A DNA stretch of 64,000 bases from Mustelus asterias (GCF_964213995.1 NW_027590137.1:806001-870000), one strand, 5' to 3'; shown: positions 47,243 through 60,160, counted from the first letter of the stretch. Made by a program: numbers and translations. Notes: generated by a model from the sequence alone, not told the origin.

Positions 47243-48280
47243 ATGCAAGAAAACAGCAATGTTCACAGTGTAGATAAACCGTGGAAATCTGGGGACTGTG
47301 AGAAGGGATTCAGATCCCCGTCTGAGCTGGAAACTCATCAGCCCTGTCACACTGGGGAGAGGCCATTCACCTGCCCTGAGTGTGGGAAGGGATTCACTTG
47401 GTCATCCAACCTGTTGAGGCACCAGCGTGTTCATAATGCGCAGAAGCCATTCACCTGTCCCGAGTGTGGGAAGGGATTCACTCGATCATCTGGGCTGCAA
47501 CAACACCACCGAATTCACACTGGGGAGAGGCCATTCACCTGCTCCAAGTGTGGGAAGGGATTTACTGATTCATCCACTCTGCTGAAACATCAGCAAGTTC
47601 ACACTGATGAGAGACCGTTTAAATGCCTGGACTGTGGGAAGTGCTATAAAAGTTCTCAGAACCTAATGCGACATCAGCATGTTCACACTGACGAGAGACC
47701 CTTCAGATGCTCTCACTGTGAGACTGGGTTCAGACAATCATCTGAACTCGCTGCACATCAGCGAATTCACACTGGGGAGAAGCCGTTCATCTGTTTCAAA
47801 TGTGGGAAGAGATTCACTCGATCATCAGGGCTTCTACAACACCACCGAGTTCACACAGGGGAGAGAACATTCACCTGCTCCAAATGTGGGAAGGGATTCA
47901 GCGATTCGTCCACTCTGCTGAAACACCAGCGAGTTCACACTGATGAGAGACCTTTTAAATGTGCTGACTGTGAGAAATGCTATAAAGGTTCTGTGGACCT
48001 GATGCGCCATCAGCTTGTTCACACTGACGAGAGACCGTTCAGGTGCTCTCACTGCGGGACTGGGTTGAGACAATTATGTCAACTGACTGCACACCAGCGG
48101 GTTCACACTGGGGAGAAGCCATTCATCTGTTTGCAGTGTGAGAAAGGATTCACTCAGTCAGCCACCCTGCAGAGACACCAGCGAATTCACACTGGGGAGA
48201 GACCATTCACCTGCTTCGTGTGTGGGAAGAGATTCACTCGCTCATCCACCCTGATGAGCCACCAGCGAGTTCACAAATAA
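47243..48280 (+). CDS. C2H2 zinc-finger protein, 11 intact fingers plus 1 degenerate
   Basis: Acceptor tttcacag at 47160; first in-exon ATG at 47243 (MQENSNV). The track ORF's 46793 start lies in intron/L2 sequence. Confidence 0.8.
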   Translation: MQENSNVHSVDKPWKSGDCEKGFRSPSELETHQPCHTGERPFTCPECGKGFTWSSNLLRHQRVHNAQKPFTCPECGKGFTRSSGLQQHHRIHTGERPFTCSKCGKGFTDSSTLLKHQQVHTDERPFKCLDCGKCYKSSQNLMRHQHVHTDERPFRCSHCETGFRQSSELAAHQRIHTGEKPFICFKCGKRFTRSSGLLQHHRVHTGERTFTCSKCGKGFSDSSTLLKHQRVHTDERPFKCADCEKCYKGSVDLMRHQLVHTDERPFRCSHCGTGLRQLCQLTAHQRVHTGEKPFICLQCEKGFTQSATLQRHQRIHTGERPFTCFVCGKRFTRSSTLMSHQRVHK

Positions 48281-48610
48281 TCAGTGACTGGATTTTACTG
48301 TAAATCACATCCAGGAATGAATTATGTTCATTGACGTCCATTTTTTTAAACTGGTGAAGTGAGTGGTAATTACAAAAGGAGACAGAATGGCTGTGTGAAT
48401 TTAAACTGTGAGGATTTTTTATGCATTTGTGGGACATGGGCGTCACTGCACGGCCAGCATTTATTGCCCATCCCTAGTTACCATCGAACTGAGTGGCTCA
48501 CTGGGCCATTTCAGAGGGCAGTTGACAGTCAGTCACATTGCTATGGCTCTGGAGTCACATGTAGGCCAGACCAGGTAAGGACAGCAGATTTCCTTCCCCA
48601 AACGGACATT

Positions 48611-48876
48611 CATGGGGTGGCACAGTGGTTAACACTGTTGCCTCACAGCGCCAGGGACCCGGGTTCGATTCCCGGCTTGGGTCACTGTCTGTGTGGAGTT
48701 TGCATGTTCTCTGCGTGGGTTTCCTCCGGGTGCTCCGGTTTCCTCCCACAGTCTGAAAGACATGCTGGTTCGGTGCATTGACTCGAACAAATGCCGGAGT
48801 ATGGCAACCAGGGGAATTTCACAGTAACCTCACTGCACTGTTAATGTAAGCCTACTTGTGACTAATAAATAAACTT
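48611..48876 (+). mobile_element. V-SINE with the alternative tail
   Basis: Ends ttaatgtaagcctacttgtgactaataaa; inserted in an older LINE remnant. Confidence 0.85.
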
Positions 48877-48999
48877 TACTTTTTACTTTACTGAACCAAA
48901 TGGTTTTTTTCTGACAATTGACAATGGTTTCATGGTCAGCAGTAGATTCTTAATTCTGATTTTTTTTTATTGAATTCAATTATTTTTATTGAATTAAAT

Positions 49000-49250
49000 G
49001 TACGAGGCAAGTTTTTTTTTTTACAAAGAGTGGCAGGTGCCTGGAACTCGCTGCCGGGGGAGGTAGTGGAAGCAGATATGATAGTGACTTTTAAGGGACA
49101 CTGGACAAATGCATGAATAAGATGGGAATAGAGGGATATGGTCCCCGGAGGCCTGTTTAGTTCAGACGGGCAGCATAATCAGTGCAGGCTTGGAGGGCCA
49201 AAGAGCCTGTTCCTGTGCTATAATTTTCTTTTTTCTTGTTCTTTGTTCAA
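49000..49250 (+). mobile_element. CR1 3' end fragment
   Basis: ggtgcctggaactcgctgccggggg...ggagggccaaagagcctgttcctg. Confidence 0.8.
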
Positions 49251-50753
49251 ATTACACCACTTGCTGTGGTGGGATTTGAACCCGGTCCCCAGAACATTAG
49301 CTAAGTTTATGGATTAAGTCTAGGGATAATACCATTGGGCCATCACCTCTCATCTGGAACAAAACTGTTTTCACTACTAAGGCTCTGCTGTGATGTAATA
49401 GTCTCTATGACATCATCGCAGCAGGACTGGATGACATCATCAGAGACCATTGTTTCTGAATGATCCACATCAATAACAACAGGAAATACTCATCAAGCTG
49501 AGCACATTATCTAGGCTGACACTGCAGTCTGACATTGAGGGACTGCTGCACTCTGACACACTGTCCTTCACATGGAGCTTGTGGAGCTCTGGCCACAACC
49601 TTCCAATCCTTATAGAGTCGTAGTGACAAAGGACAGAGAATGTAAATGTTACATCCCTGTTCAAAAACACAGCAATTACAGAACAATCAGCTTAACATCA
49701 GCGGTGGGGAAAAGCCAATAATCTGGGACACAATCAACTGACACTTGGAAAAGTATGGATTATAATTTCCAGTATTTTCTGTTTTTAAATACTGAAAACT
49801 TCCCTAGATCTCAAGGCTGGGAGAGACATTCTAGAAAGTATAGGGAGCTGGGACTTGTCCATGATAAGAAACAATACTTTTCATTTTATGCTAATACAAT
49901 AATAAGTCAAATTTAAAAAAAATGAGTGTAACTGAAGGTCTGAGACTGAAATAATCTGGAGTTAAAAGGAGAAAAGAACCAAAAAACAGAAGTCAGTAAC
50001 AAGACATCAATTAATCTCTTATCCTGGAGAAATCAAGGATTTAACACACCGTGTGTTTGGAACAAAGCTGATTTATTTAACAGATTTCAGAATATTAAAT
50101 TCCAGGTCAGTTAGAGATTAACATCAGAAGAAATAAATGTTAATTGTCTGATTGAAGATGGTCGAGAGGAGATTAATACAGGTATTCAAGATCCTGAGGA
50201 ATTGGGCAGGTGAAATAGTGAGAAAATGTTCCCACCAAGAGAACATCAAGAACTAGAGGGCACAGACCTACGTTAATGGGGAAAACAGAGTCAAAGTGAT
50301 GCAAGGAAAATTATTTTCACCTCGTGAGTGGTTGGAGTCTGGAATAAACTTCCTGTGAGAGCAGTGGAGGCAGGTTTGATCAAGGTACTCAAAAGAGAAT
50401 TGGATTGTTATCTGAAAAGAAAGAGTGTGCAAGGTTACAGAAGTATGGCAGGGGAATGGGATAAGGCTCTTTCAGTGAGCCAGTGCAGACTTGGTGGGCT
50501 GAATGGCCTCTTTCTGTACTGTGAAGAATCGGTGACGAGAGTTCCTGAATGATGGGGAAAGATCACAGACAGTGGTTCTTAAAGGGAAATGGCAACCCCA
50601 AAAACACAATCAGCTCTCGATCGAGAATATTAAACTCCAGCCCAGCTACAGGGATTATTATCAGCAGAAACAAACCTCAAATGTCAGAATGAATGTGGCT
50701 CACTCCTGGATGTGATTAACAGCAGCAGGTACAGCAGAATCCACTCCCTGCAT

Positions 50754-51287
50754 TCACTCGTGAAGTCGCTGGTGTGTCACCAGGTGGGAGGAGGTAGTGA
50801 ATCCCTTCCCACACTCTGAGCAGGTGAATGGTCTCTCCCCAGTGTGAAGTCGCTGATGTGCTTTGAGGCTGGATGAATGTCTGAAGCTCTTTCCACAGTC
50901 AGTGCAGCTGAATGGCCTCTCCTCAGTGTGAACTCGCTGGTGTGTCACAAGGTTGGATGAATTAATGAATCGCTTCCCACACACGGAGCAGGTGAACGGC
51001 CTCTCTCCAGTGTGAACTCTCCTGTGTAATTGTAGGTTATACATCTGGACGAATCCCTTCCCACACACTGAGCAAGTGTATGGTCTCTCTCCAGTGTGAA
51101 CTCGCTGGTGTAATGTTAGGCAGGATGATTGAGTAAATTCCTTCCAACACACGGGACACGTGAAGGGTCTCTCCCCTGTGTGGGTGCGTCGATGAGTTTC
51201 CAGTTTGGATGGGCAAGTGAATGCTTTCCCACAGTCTCCACATATCCACGGTTTCTCTATGATGTCAGTATCATCATGTCTCTCCAT
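50754..51287 (-). CDS. C2H2 zinc-finger protein, 6 fingers
   Basis: 177 aa; aatATGG start; TGERPF linkers; acceptor near 51590. Confidence 0.8.
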   Translation of the reverse strand: MERHDDTDIIEKPWICGDCGKAFTCPSKLETHRRTHTGERPFTCPVCWKEFTQSSCLTLHQRVHTGERPYTCSVCGKGFVQMYNLQLHRRVHTGERPFTCSVCGKRFINSSNLVTHQRVHTEERPFSCTDCGKSFRHSSSLKAHQRLHTGERPFTCSECGKGFTTSSHLVTHQRLHE

Positions 51288-51735
51288 ATTGAGTGATTAG
51301 TTGAAGCCTCGTCCACACACAGAACACATGCACAGATTCACATTGCTATGAATGGTGTGATGTTTTCTCAGGCTGTGTAACTGGTTAAAGCTCTTTCCAC
51401 AGTCAGTTCACTGGAAAACTCTCACTCGGGTGTGTGTCTGTCTCAGTGCTTTTCCAGTCACACTGATGTTTGAAATCTTTTCCCGCATTCCACATTCAAA
51501 GGCTGATCGTGTTCAGGTGCTGGTGAATTGAGCGACTGTTAAATCTTGATTCAATTTTTCTGACTGTAAATCTTCCCCATCAAATATCCTGCAAAAGAAG
51601 AAGTTTACAAAACTACTGTCAGTCCAGGATAGAAATTCTGATCAGACAAGTCTAATTTCTAAGGAACAACTTTTCTGCTCTTGTTCCCCAAAACAGTAAA
51701 TCTGTCCCATACACTCTCCCTCTTCCCTGAGCAGA

Positions 51736-52055
51736 GGGCGGCATGGTGGCGCAGTGGTTAGCCCTGTGCCTCACAGCCCCAGTGACCCGATTTGATTCCC
51801 AGCTTGGGTCACTGTCTGTGTGGAGTTTGCATGTTCTCCCGTGTCTGCATGGGTTTCCTGCAGGTGCTCTGGTTTCCTCCCACAGTCCAAACATGTGCGG
51901 GTTAGATAGATTGGCTATGCTAAATTACCCCTGAGTATCAGGGGGGCTAGCTAGGATAAATGCATGTGGTAATGGGGATAGGGCCTGGGTCGGATTGTGG
52001 TCAGTGCAGACTCAATGGGCCAAATGGCCTCCCTCTGCACTGTAGAATTCTATGA
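51736..52055 (+). mobile_element. HE1-type V-SINE, CR1-type tail
   Basis: Complete head, V-domain and tail. Confidence 0.9.
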
Positions 52056-52242
52056 GATCCAAATGAAATGCGTATTTTTCATGCATCCTTACAACTAATT
52101 TGTACAAATCACTCCAAGGCCTGTTCCTATCTCTGGAATCACCTCTAACACTGTGCTGATTCTGGTTTCCTGCACATTCCCTATTTTAATCACTCCACCA
52201 TTAGTGACTAGACCTTCAGTGCACAAGGATGACTTCTCAAAG

Positions 52243-52538
52243 AATTCCTACAGTGCAGAAGGAAACCATTTAGCCCATCAAGTCTACACTGACTCTGAAT
52301 ATTTTACCCCTGATCTGTACCCCACTAATCCCCCTTACCCGCACATCTTTGGACACGAAGGGGCAATATAGCATGGCCAATTCCCCTAAACGTCACATCT
52401 TTGGGCGGTGGGAGGAAACCGGAGCACCCAGAGGAAACCCACAGTCACAGGGATAACGTGCAAACTCCGCACAGACAGTGACCCAAGGCTGGGATCGAAC
52501 CTGGGTCCCTGGAGCTGTGAGGCAGCAGTGCTAACCAC
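52243..52538 (-). mobile_element. HE1-type V-SINE
   Basis: Reverse-complement head (gcagtgctaaccac) and V-domain (ggaggaaaccggagcaccc). Confidence 0.85.
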
Positions 52539-52679
52539 CCTGATATTAATGGTGTTATACAAATAGAAGTTGTTGTTGGCTGTAACCCTAACTTCCGGTT
52601 TTACAACAACACATCGATTTTGTTATGAAATCAAACTCTGATTTTTTTTGTTCCCGTGGGTTATTCATTTGGTTTCACC

Positions 52680-53400
52680 CTCAACAAATACGGTGGCTGC
52701 GCATGCGTTGTTCCAATTTACCTCAATAAAGATGGCGGATGCGCATGCGCTTTGCAGTACACGGACCTTTATAAAGATGGCGGATTTGAACTCCGGCCTG
52801 AAACCATCAGAAGGTCTGAGGAATTTGCTTCGCAAATTGAGGGACTGTGGCCGACACCGGGTGTTTATAAAGCCTCACCATCCACCCGCAAACTCCATTT
52901 ATGTTTCCGGTTTTATTTCAGGCTCTGGATCTGCACTCGGTCTTTGTAAAAATCTCCATTTAAAACCCGCTCGCTCGAGCTCCTTACCGTCTGCCGCAGG
53001 CACTGCGCATGCTCCAGCTCCAACCAGGATGGGGCCGTTAACCTGGGCCTGTTCCCGGGAGGGAGGGAGGGAGGGAGAAGCCCCGCAGCTGCAAACCAGG
53101 GAGCTGACAATGATTCTGAAGGGTTTGCGGATCCTCCCCAATCTCCAACCGCCGGCTCCAGCGCTTCACCCGGTGCTGAAATATTTGCTCCAGCCCCGCC
53201 CCTCATTCACTCCGATTGGTTGGAGGACCAGCCGCTCCCGCTCGGTCCTCCAGCACCGCCCCCTCTTCCTATTGGTCCGGAGCTGCCGTCAATCAGTCCC
53301 CGGGCATTGTGATGTGGAGCATGCGCAGTGTCATTGCTGTCCTTGGCGCTTGTTTGTCCCGGAGAAGCGGAGTCAGCGTTAGGCGGTGGCTGGGAGGATT
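52680..53400. promoter_or_regulatory. CpG-island bidirectional ZNF promoter
   Basis: TGCGCATGCG twice, AAGATGGCGG twice, two ATTGG boxes and GC boxes; between divergent ZNF genes. Confidence 0.75.
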
Positions 53401-54292
53401 TGGAAACACTTTGTGGATCCGCAAACCCTTCAGAATCATTGTCAGCTCCCTGGTTTGCAGCTGCGGGGCTTCTCCCTCCCTCCCTCCCGGGAACAGGCCC
53501 AGGTTAACGGCCCCATCCTGGCTCAGCCACTGGAGGATGGTTCACATCAGAGGATGGGGGAGGGGGACAATAAATAAGAGGTTACACTTTGTCCTCAAAT
53601 CAATGAGGACTCTGATCTCTGGGAAGGAAGGAAACCCTGGGAGGTGGGCGGGGAGGATTCACAAACACCCGCTGGAGGCCCCAACACCCCCAATAAGACC
53701 CATTGGTTTTATTGTCAGTCTGCAGACAGGAGCTGGAGAACTGAACCCAGACAGAGGAGAGGGAGGGAGAAAACTGGGAGTGGAGGAAATAAATGGTGAG
53801 ATGGGTTTGGATTTAAGCCAAGGGAGGAGGGAGAATTTGTGGGACAGGAATTTATTGATTTGGGGAGCAAGAGAGGAAGAAATGTTCCAGAGAATTAGAA
53901 TTGTCTGTTCAAAATTTCTATCCTGGACTGACAGTGATTAATTTTGTAAACTCCTTTTACAGGTGAGGTGAAGAAACATCACATCAAAATCAGACAGAGT
54001 CTCGATTCACTTGGACTTAAATATCCTCAGACTTTGAATGTGGAAGGAGAAATGTTTGTCTTCTGTCTGGAGGAGAAGATTTCAAACACCAGTGTGACTG
54101 AAAAATCACCAAGATACACGCACACCCGAGTGAGAGTGTTTCAGTGAGTTGACTGTGGAAAGAGCTTTATCCAGTTACGCAGCCTTAAAAAAAATCACAC
54201 CATTCACAGCAAGGAGAAACTACACGTGTTCTGTGTGTGGATGAGGCTTCAACTGATCGTTTAACCTGGAGAAACATAAGGACACCAGCACC

Positions 54293-55216
54293 ATGGAGAA
54301 ACCGTGGAAATGTGGGGACTGTGGGAAAGGATTCAGTTACCCTTCTCTGCTGGAAAACCATCGGCGCAGTCACACTGGGGAGAGACCGTTCACCTGTTCT
54401 GTCTGTGGGGAGGGATTCATTCAGTCATCGGGCCTTTGGTCTCACCAGAGAATTCACACTGAGGAAAAGCCATTCACCTGCACCTCCTGTGGGAAGAGGT
54501 TCAGGCATTCTTCAGCACTCACTGTGCACCAACGCACTCACACCGGGGAGAGACCATTCATCTGCTCCGTGTGTGGGAAGGGATTCACTCAGTCATTCCA
54601 CCTGCTATCACACCAGCGAGTTCATACTGGGGAGAGGCTGTTCACCTGCTCCGACTGTGGGAAGGGATTCACTGGGTCATCCCACTTACTGTCACACCAG
54701 CGAGTTCACATTGAGGACAAACCATTCAGCTGCCCTGACTGTGGACGGAGTTTCAGACAGGCATCCTCCCTCATTACACACCAGCGAATTCACACTGGGG
54801 AGAGACCGTTTACTTGCTTTGTGTGTGGAAAGGGATTCACAGTTTTACCCACCCTGCTGAGACACCAGAAAATTCACACTGAAGAGAAGCCATTCAGCTG
54901 CACTGACTGTGGAAAGAATTTCAGGCAGTCATCCAACCTCACTGCTCACCGACGCACTCACACTGCAGAAAGACCATTCACATGCTCCGTGTGTGGGAAG
55001 GGATTCAATCGGTCATCCAACCTCTCTGCTCACCAGCGAGTTCACACAGGGGAGAGGCCATTCACTTGCTCCGTGTGTGGGAAAGGATTCGCAAAGTCTT
55101 TCAACCTGCTGGCTCACCAACGCACTCACACTAAGAGGCCATTCAACTGCTCTGTGTGTGGGAAGGGATTCACTCAGTCACAATGGCTCCTGAGACATCA
55201 ACAAGTTCACAAGTGA
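54293..55216 (+). CDS. C2H2 zinc-finger protein, 11 fingers
   Basis: accATGG start, 307 aa, intact; acceptor near 53962. Confidence 0.85.
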   Translation: MEKPWKCGDCGKGFSYPSLLENHRRSHTGERPFTCSVCGEGFIQSSGLWSHQRIHTEEKPFTCTSCGKRFRHSSALTVHQRTHTGERPFICSVCGKGFTQSFHLLSHQRVHTGERLFTCSDCGKGFTGSSHLLSHQRVHIEDKPFSCPDCGRSFRQASSLITHQRIHTGERPFTCFVCGKGFTVLPTLLRHQKIHTEEKPFSCTDCGKNFRQSSNLTAHRRTHTAERPFTCSVCGKGFNRSSNLSAHQRVHTGERPFTCSVCGKGFAKSFNLLAHQRTHTKRPFNCSVCGKGFTQSQWLLRHQQVHK

Positions 55217-56474
55217 CTGCAGGGGTTGTATTTTGCTGTTTTTGCTGCTGTTCAGTATTGACAGTCTGACAATATTTTATTTCTGCTGATGTTAACAAAT
55301 CCTATAACTAGCTGGAATTTAATATTCTGGAAGTGTCACTGATTTTCAGGGCTGCAATGCCACTTTTTAAAAGCACCACCAATGATCTTCCCCCTTAATT
55401 GAAGAACTCTCAACAGGAACCTGTTTAGAATAAAATTAAGAACTTTTGCTTCAATTCTAATTTGATCTTTGGGCAAAATCTACAATTCATTCTCTGAAAG
55501 ATCCATCTGCAGGGCACAAAGTATTTATTTTCAATGCTTGTATTGAGATTTTCTGGAAAGCTACTCTTTGATTTTTAAGGGCTATTTTTTTGGTTTCCAG
55601 GGGATCGTTTTCCATTCTCAGTAACTCCTTTATTAGTGATGCAGTCACGTAGTAACATTACCTTTTGTGTTTCTGTTAGTTTACTTCTTTGAATAAGATA
55701 GCACAAATACTGAAGACTGTGTATATATTAAATCTTTTAAATTGGAATCTATGAATGATATTTTTTGTTAACTTATTTTAAAAATACTCCCATACTCTCT
55801 TTCCAAAATGAGAATTCTAACTATTTGACACAAGTTAACTGAATCAGATGTTTATTGGTTCAGACGGTGGAGCAGGAAAAATCTCTCCCGATTCTGATCT
55901 TCATTGTGTGTGGATTTACATTGATAACCCATCAATAACCTCACTAAACCAGCTGAGATCAGCTCTGACCGGGGATTCTGTATGTTTTCTGTGAACGTTA
56001 AACTGCAAATAAAAGCAGTTTAGAATATGAACCTGGATGAATGTATCTCAATTTCTAACGTGACGACCCAAGTGATTGTAAGTACGTTCACAATATCTGT
56101 TTACTCAAATTCCTGAGCTGTAAACCTCACCTTCTGAGATATATAAAAATAATCGAGACTTGTTCAGCAGAATGGGGAAAGCTCTGCCGATGGTTGGCTC
56201 ATTCCTTTTGAGGCTCACACTGCTATGAAACTAGTTCTGTAGCAGGAAGACACAACTCCTCCACACGTCACTGATAGGCTGCTGAGTCTTTTCTCAAAAT
56301 AGGTGGCAAAGCTGTTCCTCCAGTTTGAGACTCTGTCTCTGCAGATGTAGCAACATTGGGAGAGACAGAATCTGTGGTTGGAGGAGATGGTCCTCACAGT
56401 TTCTGTCTCTCCCATGTACAGAATGATTTATTTTCTTCCAGTAGTTCCTCCCAAGACAGAATTTCTGCGGGCCT

Positions 56475-57075
56475 TTTGGCAAGTCATGTTGCAGCTTTAT
56501 AGAACCTCAGTTCGGCCCCACTTGGAATATAGTGTTCAATTCTGGTCGCCACACTACCAGAAAGATGTGGAGGCTTTGGAGAGGGTGGAGAGGGTACAGA
56601 AAAGATCTACCAGAATGTTGCCTGGCATGGAGGGCATTCGCTATGAGGAGAGGTTGGAGAAACTTGGCTTGTTCTCACTGGAACGACGCAGGTTGAGGGC
56701 GATCTGACAGAAGTCTACAAGATTGTGAGGGGCTTGGGCAAAGTGGATAGAAGCTTTTTCCCAGTGTAGAAGAATCAATTACTCGGGGGCATAGGTTTAA
56801 GGTGCGAGGTGCAAGGTTTAAAGGAGATGTACGAGGCAGATTTTTTACCCAGAGAGTGGTGGGTGCCTGGAACTCGCTGCCAGGGGAGGTAGTGGAAGCA
56901 GATACAATCGTGACTTTTAAGGGGCATCTTGACAAATACATGAATAGGGTGTGAATGGAGGGATATGGTCCCCAGAAGGGTAGGGGGTTTCAGTTCAGTT
57001 AGGCAGCGTGGTTGGTGCAGGCTTGGAGGGCTAAAGGGGGTGTTCCTGTGCTGTAATTTTCTTTGTTTTCTTTTG
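56475..57075 (+). mobile_element. CR1 3' fragment
   Basis: WQVMLQLYRT...ERVERVQK (9-bp internal duplication); terminal stem-loop. Confidence 0.9.
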
Positions 57076-57794
57076 AGAGTGAATTCACCATCCACAGCCG
57101 TTCATTTTGAACCCTGGTTTGAAATATTCTCACTCTGGGTTTAAGGCTTCCTGGCGTAATACACAGATTTAGATCTTACCACCAAACACCAATTCATATC
57201 CTCATCCCAGTCCCAGAATTAAATGTGGTTGTCCAAACTGGAAAACATATATAATTTGACTCTTTTTAAACCTGATTCACCACACCCTGCCACACTAACT
57301 ACAAGAGATTGTGTTTGGGACCAATTGTTCCATTGAAGTCTGTGTTGTTCTCAATGATGACAGTTTTAACCTCTCCATAACCTGTCCTAACCCTTCTGCC
57401 CTCCAGGGGGCTCTGTTTTTCTGATGGTGACATTCCCTGTTTACCCAGTCAGCCCTTGAATTGTTTGTGAATCCAGTCACATGTCGGTTAGACTGGATCA
57501 GGGCGGCAGATTTCCTTCCTTAAAGGGCATTAGAGAACCAGATGTGTTTTTACAACAATTAATTCATGCTCATCAATATTTTTATTGAAACGTGGTGGGA
57601 TTCAAACCCAGGTCCCAAAATCATTATAATAAATAGAGAAAATGCTGGATAAACTCAGCAGGTCTGTTCTTTTCAGAACTCCAGCATCTGCTGGATTTTG
57701 CTTCACCTCCAAATCATTCCCCTGGATTACTCCTGCTCTGGCTCTAATTCCAGTCAGCTCAGACAACAAAAACAGGTTTCACAAAATCACAAAC

Positions 57795-59200
57795 ATTTTA
57801 AAAAAGAGGAAGACAAAAGGCAGGTAACTATAGGCCGGTAAGCTTAACTTCTGTCGGAGGGAAAATGCTTGGATCTATCATCAGGGAAAAAATAGCGAGA
57901 CATCTGGATATAAATTGTCCCATTGGTAAGACGCAGCATGGGTTCATGAAGGGAAGGTCATGTTTGACTAATTTGGTGGAATTCTTTGAGAACATTACAT
58001 GTGCAGTGGACAATGGGGAACTTGTGGATGTGGTGTATCTGGATTTCCAGAAGGCATTTGACAAGGTGCCGCACCAAAGACTGCTACATAAGATAAAGGT
58101 GCACAGTGTTACGGGTAATGTATTAGCATGGATAGAGGATTGGTTAACTAACGAAAAGCAAAGAGTGGGGGTAAATGGGTGTTTTTCTGGTTGGCGATCA
58201 GTGACCAGTGGTGTGCCTCAGGGATCAGTGTTGGGACCGCAATTGTTTACGATTTACATCGATGATTTGGAGTTGGGGACCAAGTGTAGTGTTTCAAAAT
58301 TCGCAGATGACACGAAGAGCAAAGTGTGCAGAGGACGCTGAAAGTCTGCAAAGGGATATAGATAATCTATGTGAGTGGGCGAGGGTCTGGCAGATGGAGT
58401 ACAATGTTGGTAAATGTGAGGTCATCCATTTTGGTAGGAATAACAGCAAAATGGACTGTTATTTAAATGGTAAAAAATTGCAGCATGCTGCTGTGCAGAG
58501 GGACCTGGGTGTCCTTGTGCAGGAATCTCAAAGAGTTGGTTTGCAGGTGCAACAGGTAATTAAGAAGGCAAATGGAATGTTGTCCTTCATTGCTAGAGGG
58601 ATGGAGTTTAAAAACAGCAAGATTATGTTGCAGCTGTATAAGGTGCTGGTGAGGCCACACCTGGAGTACTGTGTACAGTTTTGGTCTCCTTACTTGAGAA
58701 ATGATATACTGGCACTGGAGGGGGTGCAGAGGAGATTCACGAGGTTGATTCCGGAGTTGAGAGGGTTGGCTTATGAGGAGAAACTGAATAGACTGGGGCT
58801 ATACTCATTGGACTTCAGAAGAATGAGGGGAGATCTTATAGAAACATATAAGATTATGAAGGGAATAGATAAGATAGAGGCAGGGAAGTTGTTTCCACTG
58901 GCGGGTGAAACTAGAACTTGGGGGCATAGCCTCAAAATAAGGGAAAGCAGATTTAGGACTGAGTTGAGGAGGAACTTCTTCACACAAAGGGTTGTGAATC
59001 TGTGGAATTCCCCGCCCAGTGAAGCAGTTGGGGCTACCTCATTGAATGTTTTTAAGGCAAGGATAGATAAATTATTAAACAGTAAAGGAATTAAGGGCTA
59101 TGGTGAGCGGGCGTGTAAGTGGAGCTGAGTCCACAAAAAGATCAGCCATGAGGGCTCGAGGGGCCAGATGGCCTACTCCTGCTCCTAGTTCTTATGTTCT
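57795..59200 (+). mobile_element. 5'-truncated CR1
   Basis: RT pieces 57865-58341 and 58320-59128 with a frameshift after FADDTK; tail ttcttatgttctt. Confidence 0.93.
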
Positions 59201-59619
59201 TCCCACAATCCCCACATTTCCATGGTATCTACCTGTGACTGCAAATTATGTTCCAAAAGGCCAGATGATTGGTTGAAGCTTTCACCACACCTGACTAAAC
59301 CTCTGACTAACCTGCCTAAAACTGAGGATAAAGTATTGGTGTCTGTAAGGGCTAAAACAATACCCTTGGCTTCCTTGGAGATCTGTGGCACCAAGTTCAA
59401 AACTCTTCATGAATCATCCTCTTGGCCTCTAGCTTGTCAACTGCCCATGAGAATCTTATATGTTTCAGAATGTTCACTACTCATTCTTCCAAACCCAATG
59501 AGTATAGGTGCAACCCTTCCCCAAAAGATGAGTTGGATTCTGCGGCATCACTTGCCCCGAGGTCAAAGGCCCTTTGTGTGGTCCACCCCCCGGCCTGCTA
59601 CGATTCCTGTGGTGGGTGG

Positions 59620-60160
59620 GATGGGAGAATTCTCCCCTACACCTTCACAACCTTTCCTCAAAAGACAACACCTTCATCTTAGGAATGGGCCTGGTGAACT
59701 TTCTCTGAACTCATTCCAATGAAAGCATGTCATTCCATAAGTAGGGAGACCAGAACCGTAGACAGTATTCCAGCTGCTATCTCAGCAATGTCCTGTGTAG
59801 GTGCAGCAAGTTCCCTTTTTCAAACTCTACCCCCTTGCAGTAAAGTCCAACACTCCATTTGCCGCCTTCTTTACTTGCTGTACCTTCATCCTATTTTTTC
59901 ACGATACATGTACAAGGACACCCAGAATCCTCTCTACGGCAGTATTCTTCAGTTTCTGTATATTTATAAATTGTTTGTTTCTCTATTCTTCCTGCCAAAG
60001 TGGAAAAGCTCCCACTTTCCCGCACTATACTCCATCTGCCATTTTTCTGTCCATTCAGGTAACTTATCTGTGTCCCTTACAGATTTTTTGTAATAACCTC
60101 ACAACTTGCTTTTCTACCTATCTTTGTATCATCAATTCTGGCTTCATCCAAGTCATTGAT
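59620..60160 (-). mobile_element. old CR1 fragment
   Basis: INDLDEARIDDTKIG remnant. Confidence 0.6.

Noticed and set aside
52648-53941. Long ORFs of 244 and 241 aa (also 19574-20098 and 34961-35521)
   Set aside because: GC-rich promoter or intron sequence with non-ATG starts and no recognisable domain; the paralog is broken by a Penelope insert.
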